Shown piece by piece: positions 9,990 through 21,069 of a stretch of 64,000 nucleotides of DNA (its first letter is position 1; every line of letters begins with the position of its first letter). The stretch is from Amoebophrya sp. A120 (lineage: Eukaryota > Protista > Dinoflagellata): contig CAJINV010000021.1 in NCBI GenBank assembly GCA_905178155.1, positions 912,449 through 976,448 on the forward strand, written 5' to 3'. Made by a program: the position numbers and the translations under genes. The notes beneath the pieces are model-generated. The model searched no databases. It worked only from the letters and a program-made list of their open reading frames with translations, and was not told where the DNA came from.

Positions 9990-12900
9990 TCACCGCCCAG
10001 CTCGAACCCTGGCCTCCGCGATCCTGGTCAGCCTTTCATTGCCGGAAAACAGGGAGTCCGATCCCAAGGATGGTTCGCAGTCCACGGGCTCTCCGAAGAC
10101 TTTCCTCGGCAAAGAGATTGCTCGCAAGTACTGCCAGCCAAATCGGACGTTGAAAGCCAGCCACAAACTGCACAGAAACGTGAAGGGCAGATTATGGCAC
10201 TGGATCTGCTCCAGTTGCTCAGACCAGTAGTAGCCAATCACATTTTCCAAGCAGATCAAAACCACCGTGAACAAACAGCACTCGGCGTCCCAACTAAAAA
10301 CGTCCCCACCTACCCAGAGCAAAGATGGGGATTTTCTTGCAACACAAACTTAGAAGTTTTGGGCGTCAAGCATGACACGTAGCAGTCCGTAGTGTAGTAG
10401 TGCAGGTATTAGCAAGGACAGCCGCATTACCATCTGCTTATCCTGTATACAGCATTGCAAATCCCACCACACGGTCGTTGGAAATAAGTACTTATCATGG
10501 AGATGCGCATCACAAACGTTCCTGTCATTGCAAATCAGTATGTTGACAACTCTGGGCGGAGGTGAGGACGCTTTTGCAGAGGATAATCGGCATAGAAGTC
10601 CAGTTTGGTCGCGTAGGCAAGGCGCGGCAACTTGTCCCCGATGACCAGTTTGAACGCGAGCTATCCACAGGAAATTTCCCGCACACGAGCACAACGTACA
10701 AATGCTGTCTCTGCATCACAGAACATGCCTCCAATCTCAGTCAGAACGACAGGTTGCGTTGGATACTTCATCAAGTTCTTAGTTTGTTATGCATAATTTT
10801 GTACCTGTTGTACGGAAAATTTGATGTATTTCATACCACTACGGTTAAAAGCATGGTAAAAACAATGGACAGCCGGCCCGGTAAATCTTGAACGGGTAGA
10901 ATGAAGCTCGTGAAGGCACAACAGGTCAAGCCGAGCAGCGGAAACAGCACCGACCGCGTGAAGTGCTGGTGCTTGCGCGATATGATCAAGGTCGATTCAA
11001 ACTTCTGTATGCAGTGCAAAAGTTCTTCTTGTATCGCACTCGTAGTAAAAATTGCAATTTAATGCATCACAAACCTCGACTCTTAGGCGGGTTAGGTAAA
11101 TCTATCAGCATATACAATTTTCAGTTCTATATTTCTTTTCAGGAATTTCTACCACATACGATTTATTACTTTTGCGATGCATACTCTGCTTTTCGAACCG
11201 GTTTCCAAACACTTGCGCCCCCGGCGGATGCAGGTTCCACTCGTCAATCAAGCTCTCCCCCATCATTTTCTGGTTGATCCGATATCCACAGGAAAAGACC
11301 TATCGATCTCCATCCATTTTTTGCATGACAAAGAGCACAGGCAGGTTTGAGGCATGCTTTATTGCGAGACAAATTCGATGCTGGTGGGGAACAACAATCA
11401 AGGGGTTTGGTCTTTTTTGTGGATCATATCCGGTTCCGCTTTCCGACGAAATACTTTCCGTAGTCCGGGTTCGCGGCCACACCGGCTATCCTATGTAAAA
11501 CCATCGCACTCGTAGTAGTTGCAGTCATGCATTACAAATTTTTTACTCAAGGTAGATCCACATTACACATTTGGTTTCTCATGCTGAGGGAACAAAAATT
11601 TGTCATGCATTTATACGAGTACGATACTTTTGCAATGCATACCGGCCCCCCACATGCGAATCTGTATCGTTAGGCTTTGGACGTCGCAGGGAAACTCGCG
11701 GAGCTGAAACGATTCGGTAAAGGTGCCGGTAAAAAAACCGGACTTCCGCAGTGTGCCGGGAGGATTTTTCACAGCGCCGTCGCGCCGGTACATTACCTAG
11801 GGGAGTGTGACTACATATGAATTTTGGACTGTCCTTCCCATATGGCATAATCCATTAACAATACCCAGCCACCCAATGTCGTCGTGGTACTCTCAAGCAT
11901 TAAATGAATGTGAATCCAACTGAGACGACGAATAAACAGTAACAAGCCGTACTAGAGGTGTGGAGAACTGTGCTGTCAGTACCTTCTCCGCCGGCCGACC
12001 GCCCTCCGCCTTCTCCCTGTCGCCGTCGTGGTCCAATTGCAACATGGGCCCAAACGCCGTCTCTGTCAGTTCGACGCAGTTCGCGAAAAACAGAACCGGC
12101 CGCGTGTTGGCGAACACGAACTCATCGGATCTATCAATGTAGGGTCCGTGTGCGAATGCAGGGTCAAACCAGTCCACGGTCAAGTATGGAACTCTCAAGC
12201 GTTACATTCTCAACTGTTACATGATTTGTCATGCAATTTTACCACCAAGACCGCCGTGCTTACGCTCCTTCGCATGGCAAATCTACGAAGGGCTGGACAG
12301 CATCTAAATCTGTGCCAAATCTGTAATGCAAAAGGCGCAATCTTCCCCCTTTCACTTTTGCCGTTTTTGCATGACAAATCTAGGTAACAGTTGAGAATGT
12401 AACATTTGAGAACGCCATATCAAGTTGATGCGCGCCTTGAACGTGTTTTCCAGCGGGTTCACCGCCAGCAGCGCGACCCACTCCAGGTGGAGGGTGACCG
12501 CATTCGGAAATTTTGGGAAGTGCCCGTGATTGGCGAAGAAACGAAATTGTGGCAGGTCCGTGGAGTCGAAGGGGTACTTGATATACGGGCTTTCGTTTGA
12601 TTCCTTTTCTACTTCCTCTTGTTCACGAGGTGCAAGTTTGTGTTTGACAAAAACGCCATTATCGACTACATTGCTTCCGCTTCGAATTAGCGCATCTTTC
12701 TCTGACTCTGTTGTATCTGGCCGCGCGATCCACGAGACTGCGATGTTGCAGTTGCCTGAACAAGCGGCAGTGGTTGCCTCTGATTCTACGGGAGAAGCTT
12801 TCTTCGCGTCGGGTTGGCTAGTCGATAATGTTGTTTCTTGTGCGACGACAGCGATGCTGTCGAACACACCACAACCCTGTCGAGGGTCATCGTGGCCCTT

Positions 12901-13260
12901 CACTTGTTTCTTCACAACCAGTGTCTCATCGTCCTGTTTGATGTATTCTTTATCAGGCCTTTTTATTTCACCGCCAGAAGCAGAAGCAGGGCCTAGAAAA
13001 GCAGGCTCTCTATCAACATCCTCTTTCTTTCCTTTTGTTTTAGTGCCACCAGAAGAATTTTTCCTCGGGAGCAGCGATACCGTGTGACCCACCGACGCCG
13101 GTCGCTGCAAGTCACAAACTGACAGATCATGGCCCAGCAGAATCAGTTGCGTCGTCAAATGAGCGTCATGTTGCTCATCGGTTGTGCTCACACGACCTGA
13201 ACCACGACCTGGTTCGTCGCAGATAACGGCCCCACAACTGTCGGTATACTGTTTTGACAT
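9990..13260 (-). CDS. Pentameric ligand-gated ion channel subunit (Pro-loop, Cys-less); 8 exons
   Basis: Spliced product has VNPLENTFKARINL|TVDW, PVLFFAN, FQLREFPCDVQSL, then M1-M3 (SRKHQHFTRSVLFPLLGL...GRLSIVFTMLLTVV|LAFKLVIGDKLPRLAYATKLDFY) and M4; 6 element-type introns plus GT-AG intron 11797-11952. Confidence 0.82.
10286..10585. mobile_element. Introner element, family D
   Basis: aaaaacgtccccacc...ggtgaggacgctttt..ggata; direct repeat ctcgg/atcgg; left terminus decayed. Confidence 0.8.
10662..10835. mobile_element. Introner element, family E, now bounded by GT-AG
   Basis: tatccacaggaaattt...aaaatttgatgtatttcata; direct repeat lost; minus strand reads gtg|GTATGA...GATAG|ctc in frame. 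Confidence 0.75.
11008..11183. mobile_element. Introner element, family B
   Basis: tatgcagtgcaaaagt...acttttgcgatgcata; direct repeat ttctg/ctctg. Confidence 0.85.
11283..11428. mobile_element. Introner element, family F (TIR tatccacaggaaaagacc)
   Basis: Direct repeat tccga/tccgg; restores KRNR|INQK. Confidence 0.82.
11487..11641. mobile_element. Introner element, family B
   Basis: Perfect direct repeat ccggc; restores MWGAG|VAAN. Confidence 0.9.
12185..12419. mobile_element. Introner element, family C, opposite orientation to the 3998 and 36280 copies
   Basis: Perfect direct repeat tcaag; 235 bp. Confidence 0.92.
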
Positions 13261-13833
13261 ACTGTTTGGACTACTTCTGCGTGTCGTGCCACGACCACCA
13301 AGAGATCAACGTAATTGTAGTAGGAGCTAGATGAACTAGGTCTAGGGCTACTTAGCACGAAGATCTTGATGGCGACTTACATGCTCCACTAGTACCAACA
13401 AGAGGAAGACGATCATACCATTCTTCACCATATCAAGATCCTTTTTCCGAAGATATTTTCACGACCGACAACATCATACAACGAATACGAATACGAATCC
13501 GGGGAACTACTTGCAAAGAAAACGAATCGGTAGAAAGTGTGAAGATATGTTGATAAAGCAAGGTTCTAAAAGTTGTATTAAACACGATAAAAACAAGTAC
13601 GTGTTCCTGCACATCCTACGAACACAAAACCGTTCTCTGACAGCATCAGCACGAGCGGAGGTGCATCGCCAGGACTCTGATTCCTCCAGATCGTGTTCGG
13701 TTTGTACATCTGTTTTGGCTCCTAGTACAAGGAGCGGATGTGGCTGTAGATGAAGCTGTAGACACAGCGACAGCACCAATCGCAATGATCGCAATACTTA
13801 TAGACCAAAACGACCGGACAACTACAGCATGTC

Positions 13834-13921
13834 AATGTCTCAGATCTTTTCTGGTAAAACCCTAATTTCGGTCGCGCGAAGATGGAGCACGATCGAAACT
13901 AGAAGCCAAACCACCACACTG
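13834..13921. repeat. 88-bp direct repeat, copy 1 (duplicate of the 3' end of the neighbouring gene)
   Basis: aatgtctcagatc...ccacactg identical to 14770-14857. Confidence 0.92.
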
Positions 13922-14769
13922 AGAAAAAATGTCAATCAGCTCTTCTTTGCAATTGGTAGCGAGGGGCTTCAAGGGGGTGGAAAGTGACGGACGAACCTTG
14001 AGAATTTCAATGTCAAGGGTGAAGAGAAGAAACATCTTATGCCCCTTCTCTTCGGAAGATATAGATGTCGCACTTTGATAAGAAAGCAGAGGATGACCCC
14101 TAGTTCCGACAATTCCGCTACCATGGACATTATTTGTTGAAAAGCAGTCACGTGTCTTCAATTTGCAGGTGCCTTGCGCGCGACCTCTAGAGATAATTTC
14201 CGTCTCCTCTAATCAGATTTTGTCTCTGAAGAGGGCAGAAAGAAGACTAGCTACGCTGACGAGAGATCCTAACTCGTCATGATTGCTCTTTCCAAAAATG
14301 TCCGCCACTGTCGTTCCTTGCTGATGATCATGCCTTCCAATCCCCTTTTTTTATTCAACGAAAAGCTTTGTTTTGGGCTAGTCAGCTTGGGCGACAGGGC
14401 ACAAGGAGACAGGTACAGTGACACAGCCGCCAAGACATAGCAGAGGCTAATGGAGTCGAAGACAAAGTCAGTCTCTTGGGTGCCCGCTTTCTTCGCGTAG
14501 CAAGATCGTGCGCGCCCTGGCTGTGTCTTCCCAAGCGTGACGGGGTGGAGCGATTACGTACCTACGAGGATGAGGAGCCTCGGCTTGCTAAAACATCATT
14601 GCGGATGGCCCCGCATTGATGTCGGACAAGTCCCGAAGACGCATGCTGATCACATTGAACCGCGGTGGAGGAGGAGACGAGCAGAGACCTATCTTAATCC
14701 TCCTTGAACACTAGGATCTGCACTACTTCTCTTTGCTTATGGTTTATAGTTGATCTCATACAAAAAAAA
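13922..14769 (+). mobile_element. Putative retroposed insert (5'-truncated non-LTR-like) ending in an A10 tract
   Basis: Lies exactly between 88-bp direct repeats, with an A-run abutting the right copy; no intact ORF. Confidence 0.4.
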
Positions 14770-14857
14770 AATGTCTCAGATCTTTTCTGGTAAAACCCTA
14801 ATTTCGGTCGCGCGAAGATGGAGCACGATCGAAACTAGAAGCCAAACCACCACACTG
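14770..14857. repeat. 88-bp direct repeat, copy 2
   Basis: Identical to 13834-13921; contains the last codons and stop of the 14776 gene. Confidence 0.92.
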
Positions 14858-17800
14858 CTTGCTGACAAAAACTTTTTGTTAAAAATGATGCCGGATAAAA
14901 AGACGCGCAACCAGTGCCACGGTGCTGAGAACCAGTTTGTTTCGTCAAGGCCGCTCATTTGGGCACTTGGTGTTACTTGTCGTCCTCCTCCTGCTCCTCC
15001 CCAGGTGTAGTACTCCTGCACATTTTGTATCATTGCGTAGAATGGGAATGGGTCTTCATGATGTTCACCGCTGTTTGAGTTAGAGGACGACGGAAAATGA
15101 TAAAAGGAAGTGCTGTCCTCGTTGCTTTCCCAGGCGGATTGGTTCCCTGGCAGTACTTCTAGCATAGTGTTCGCATTTTTCGCCTCTCCTCCGTGCAGCC
15201 CCCCCGCGCCGCCGTCCACCTCAACGCCCTTAGCCGCCATAGCGCACCAGTAGAAGTAGGCTGCCCCAGCGAAATAGACGAGCAAGGTCAAAGGTGCTAA
15301 CACGTGCGAGTACTGCACCGTGGTGCGACACCGCTCTAAGTCCTTGAAATACTGGTAACGGTCCGGCAGGCGCGGGACAAGTCCGGTCTGCATCCAATTT
15401 TCCTCCTCGTCAAAAACGCGGCGCGAGATCGACATCACCGTAGACGCGTTGGTCGTCGTTCCTGCGCCACTGGTTAACATCATTTCACCTGCATCTTCCT
15501 GCGAAAACACGTCCAGAGCCAAGTCGTCATAAATGTCGACAAGAGAATTTGCACCATGACCATCCTCTTGGTTTCCATTTGTTTTCCATTCGTCAAAAGG
15601 GCCTGGTCGTGCAAGAAGTGCTATCGGGTCCTCGAAGGATCGTCCGAAGGGTGCTTCCGTTGATGAAGATCGCAGTCTTTTTCTATTTCTTGTCGAGCTG
15701 GAAAAGGCGCTAGATGTGCTGCGCCGCATGATTCTAGTCTTTTCCGGGAGTTGATGTTCACGCTTGTTCGAAATAAAGGATCGACGGGCTTGTTTTTCGA
15801 CGTAGTTTTTACCACGGGCATTGGCAGCGTTTGGGACGAGGAGGTCTTCGGTGTCGTGGCTCCGGGATGATGCGTTTTGCTTCTGGTTTTGCAGCCATTT
15901 TTGCCGGCTCGGGCTCATCGGTGGAGTAGTCCCAGGAGATACTCCTGGTGGTTGTAGTACAACATTACTACAGGCACCTTCATCGCTGGTACTCGCTCTA
16001 GGTCGTTGTGGCTGATTTCTACAAGAAGCCACTTCCGCAGGAGCAGCTATTACGGACCCTGGTGCAGAAGGGATAGACGCTGACCCGAAATTATCCACCA
16101 CCCCGTGTTGAGGGCCTTGTGTTCTTCTTGAGGGTTCAAATTCATCGCTTGCGATCATTTTTCGTTGTGTCTGCTCCACCAGGTGGTCCTGCAGGTCGCA
16201 GTGGGCGGGAGGTTCCAGGACAACTTCTTGATTCGCAAGCAACCTTTGGTGGTCGTCGGGTAGCTGGTCGGTACAAGAATTTTCGTCGTGCAGGGGACCT
16301 TCTCGACCTCCCTCATGAAGGGGAAAGCTACTTTGCTCCTGTGCAACTGGTAGCACTTCATCTCCTGCAGAACGACGATGAACCTCCACTCCTCGCACCG
16401 GTGAAAGCTGCGTCGACAGAGGGCAACTTTGACTTTTCCGAAGCAAAGTGCTGTCCTCCTCCTGATCGCGGTCCGAGATCCACCTCTGCGCCAGCATATT
16501 ACAGTCCGAAGTCCTTGCGGTCCCCATGGTAGTTAATTCGGCACGAGAAGATGAAGTATCTGTCCCCCGCCAGTTATGCTGTTGCAAAAGTTGTTCTGAA
16601 ATTGAGTTTGACTTGGGTTTAGCTCGCCGTTGTCGCTTGTTTTCACGGTCATCGAGAACGTAGTCCGGAGAAAATTTCTGCACTTCTTCTTCATCTCGAA
16701 GGAGATGATCGCGATTCATCAAAATGAAATCATCAGGCTGCTGGTCTTGCTGCTCCGCAATAAAACTGCTAGTACTATCGTCCTTGGAAAAATTCAGAAA
16801 ATCTTCCAGGAACGAAGTTCCGTCGTGTGACAAAGCATCTTCGTCAACAGCCCGCGCAGGACTGCTTGCTCGTACAGCTACATCAACTTGAGCAGGAGCT
16901 TCCTCCTGTGGCTGTTCTTCACAAAGGGCCGCTGTGCTGCGTTCCTCTTCTTCTTTTCTGTAGCTCCTGCCTCGTCGTCCCGAAGTAGAGATTGATGTTA
17001 TCTTTTTCCCTCCTGGTCGTGGCCCTGCTGGTCCAAAGACGACATGCGCTTTCGCGGCTAACTCCACTGAAGACGTCGTGGACAATTTCCTCGACGGAGG
17101 TGCCGGGAAGTGAAGATTTATTTCATCATCCCGGCCGCCGTCTTCCAGCGCGGCCGCGTTGAAGTTCTTTAGCTTATTTCTTACGTCGCCCAGTCCATCT
17201 CCATTTTGTGTGATCATGCGTCGTCCGCCGTGCTGTGGCGCGTCGGGGTCTACAACTCCGGTACTAAAAGAAGTGCTACCTCCACCCACTTCTCGTCCAA
17301 CATCATCAGGGGTAGAAAAACCAGCACTACCTCCACCCCGGGCGAAGACCCCGCCCCAGGCAATGTGCTGCAGATACTGCACCACGATAGGCGGCACGGC
17401 CGGGACACTGAGGTACAGTGTGTCCAGGATGAAGCACTGGATCCAGAGCGCAACCGTGAGGTACCGAATCGTCCACAGCAGTTGCACCCAGGTAGTCTGT
17501 CGGTGGGAGAGCACCGTTCCGAACGTGAGGTTTTGCACGACGAGGAAGAAAACCAAGTTGAGAAACTTGAAAAGCAAACTGCTCAGCACGGGTCGTCGCC
17601 TTGGAGAGGACGTAGAAGAACTACTTGTTTCCAAGCTCCCTGTCAAGCCTGGCCGTTGCTGTTCACGCGCCCGGGCCCCTACGTCAATGATGTGCTCCTG
17701 GTTGTCGTTTCCACCAAAGCTACGGCCGCAGAAACAGGCACAGATCAGGGCACAGCACCTACATTTAGTATTCGTATTGCTGTTCGGTGCAGCTACAGAT

Positions 17801-19797
17801 GAAATATCAACCGGCACTGCTGGCGTTCTTGCCGTCGTTTGTTCCTCCCCAAATAAATGACTATCTGCTTGATGTTGTGCGACGTAATTGAAGTCTTCTG
17901 TGCTGGTCCTCGCGCTGGTCAACATTTTGACATTTCTATTCGTAACATCCGCTTGTTGCACGTGCGACGGCTGCACATCATGTTGGACCTCCTCTTCTAA
18001 GAAAAATTCCCGTGAGCAGAGGTTGGACTGTGTCTGTGTCTGTGCTCGCCGTTGATGTTCCTCTTATGAGAGTGCACAACTCCCCCTCCCCCTCATTTGC
18101 ATGGCATAAGCAGCAACGCAAGTGCTGGCATAAATGCAGCTTTTGCATGACAAATTCGCTACCGATTCTAGTGCTGTTTCGGCTTCCGAAATCTGTCATG
18201 CAAGATGTGCCAAAATAAAGAAAAGAGTAGATTTGGTATTTCGCATGACAAATGAGGGGGAGGGGGAGTTGTGCATTGCCATACCTCCCCTGCTCGTCCC
18301 ACCACGACGACATCGTCGACACACTGGCAGAGACACAGGTTATCAAATGTAAAAATGTCTGGGCCTGGAACACTGCAACTTGTCATGCTAAATCTGAACG
18401 ATGCAAAAATCTGTGTTGCGTGAGTACTCAAAGCTGTCAGCTTTTGACCAAGTTGAGATGGAGTTTCTCATGCAGAAAAGGCATGATAGAGGCCTGAAAG
18501 AATCTGTCACGCTAGGTCTCGCATTCCAGACCTCATGGGTCATGGAAAACTTGCATGACAAGTCTTGCAACGTTCCAGACCCAGACGCTTTTGCATTTGA
18601 TAGAGGTAATTCTGCAACAGAAAAGGGTCCGTTTTGTAGATCGTCCGGATGACCAGGTAGTTGCACGCAAACCACGCATACCAGGCCACGGCGAGCCCCG
18701 GGTGGACGATGAAACTCAACGCCGACGAACTCGCCGGCGCCGGGTCGCTGGTACTATAATAACTGCTCGCGGGCGGTCCGCAGGTGTCCTGGAAATGCTT
18801 CTTGGCAGAGGCGTACTGGAGAAATTCGGGGGCCCACAGTGTAATGGCCAACATCGTCAGCCAGGATGCAAGAAAATGCGCGGTCCAGAGAAGGGCCACG
18901 AAGACGGCGCTCCAGTTGATCCTTTTATTTCGATGTTGTTGTGGTACGGCCATATCCACAGTTTGGTTGTTGATGTACCCATTATTTTTTCTATGATCCA
19001 CCTCATTGCGCCCCCTGCTGGTGGTGACTCCTTGATGTTGATGTTCTTCGCGACCACACGTCGACTTATCCACCTTTAAGATTCGGGCAGAAGTCGACGT
19101 CGTGTGGGAAACGCAGCGCAGAATTTGCACCAGCGCGAGCACGCCGATGAGGGAGATTTGCGGAAAAATCGGCAACGCCGGCCAGGTCTTTGAGGTAGTC
19201 CCGTCCTTTATCCTGAGTAAAAACGTCCCCCCCCCGAGTTGTCATGTAAATCTGCATGGTAAAAATGCTTCTCATGCGGAGCCCCATGAGAGGCATTTTC
19301 TATTCGTGCTTCGCAATTTGTCATGCTCCAATCGGCATGCTGTGCTGCCTCTGTGATGCTGCTGAACTTGCTAAACAGGATCACACTGCGAGGCCAAATT
19401 TGTCATGCAGAACTCCCAAAACTTGGGAACTTGTGTTGCAGACTTCCCATCTTGACTATGGTGTGGGCATGCTTTTACAGATGATATCCTTTTCGAACAG
19501 GTTCGCGCACTCGTACAGACGACCCTGCCACCGGTGCTCGAAGAGGAAAACAACGAGGCAGGTCGCCGCGAAAACCGTGCCAAAAAAGTGACTCAGCGTC
19601 ACACGCATGTTGATGCTGGAAGTTTTTCGTATGCTACAACGATGTCCTGCTGGAGGAAAAATTCTTCGAAAAAGAATCTGCTTTGGTAAAACTATATATT
19701 CTTGATCTTCTAATATGTCCAGTGCCTTGGTCGGCAACTTGGAAAGCAAAGGGAAGCTGCTGCAGCTAGTACCTACATGATCATTTTTGGACCTCAT
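14776..19797 (-). CDS. Large multi-pass membrane protein of unknown function; 4 exons; start codon uncertain (19797 or 19608)
   Basis: Three element removals join the ORFs in frame (LFEKD|GTTSK, LQNYL|CLCQC, RAGE|EHQRR); several hydrophobic helices separated by low-complexity loops. Confidence 0.65.
18065..18283. mobile_element. Introner element, family A
   Basis: Long TIR; direct repeat cctct/cctcc. Confidence 0.9.
18341..18602. mobile_element. Introner element, family G (TIR tatcaaatgtaaaaatgtctgggtctggaa)
   Basis: About 30-bp TIR; direct repeat caggt/gaggt. Confidence 0.9.
19209..19486. mobile_element. Introner element, family D
   Basis: Perfect direct repeat tcctt; body similar to 4256-4534. 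Confidence 0.9.
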
Positions 19798-21069
19798 TAG
19801 ATGGCCAGAACGACGATCGACAAGCGGTATCGACAAAAGAAAACGACTATGAAAAGAAAATGAGGATGGCCACCGATCATGGGAGTCATGATATGGTCAT
19901 GGAGCTACACGACGAGTGGAGGGGACGTTCTTTGTTGATCTTCATGGTCAAAAAATGACAAGATATCATGGCACAACAATGGAGACCACTCGTCTTCCCG
20001 TAATGGCCACATCTTTTTGTTGCTAGAATAGTAAGGTAAAGACCAGATCATTTTGTCGTGTGCCTTCTGGTGTATCGGAATGAAAAAAACTGATGCTCGT
20101 CTTTCAGCAGCGTCCCTTTTTTTTCAAATGATCCACCAATCACGGGAAGCTGAAGGCTGCTGAGTGTAAACACATAGGTCAACAAGTACATTCGCGGAAC
20201 TCGAATTCATCACAGCTTTCCTGTCATCTTGCGAAATCATGTTACTGATTCGGTAAACCGTCTCTACAAACATGACCCACCACCAGGAGCTAGAATACTT
20301 CCTGTTGTTGCCTTGTTGTAGTTGGTAGAAGAGCAATAAACCTCGCAGATCGAAGAGAACAACCCTTGATGTACACCGAAACTACACCTCCGGGCGGACA
20401 TGCACGACTGATGTCATGTCTGCATGATATCAAGCAGACTGCATGTTCGCACATCGGCTTTAGCTTATTTTGTGCACAGTAGCTTCAGCCACTTCAACAC
20501 GTGATAGTACGAGTGTACAAGAAGCATCTTCGCGTAAAAATAACAATGCGCACTGGCGTGTTTCCATTTCAGCAAAGTCATCGAGGGGTCCTCGGCGCCG
20601 GTGAATGGTTCTTCATGTGCTTGAAGTTGCAGAACTACTTACAACTGGACAATGCACTACACGACCGCACGTAAGTACTGCTAGCAAAATATCGATAAAG
20701 GGTCATCAACTGAATACAGATAGAACCACACAAAGGGTCGAAGAAGTAGGGGCGTTTTCATTTCGTACAGCGGACATCTTCAATCATAGTCATACCAACG
20801 TTCATTATCATTTGCAAAAATAATTGCAGAAGTAGAGTGTAAAAATTATATATCTGTGGGCACAACGCGACCCAAGGATGCTTCCCAAGGGAGCCAGAAC
20901 TACCTCCACCTGAAGTCTTCTTGCAGCTCTTCACGCTCGTCCTGATGTGCATCACCAGGACGGAACAAATATATGTTCATCTTCAAGTTCGGGAGCGTAT
21001 TGTTCGCGAAGCGACGAAACAGTGCTGCTGCTGGTGATCCTCTTCATAACTGACAGGACACAGGCATTC

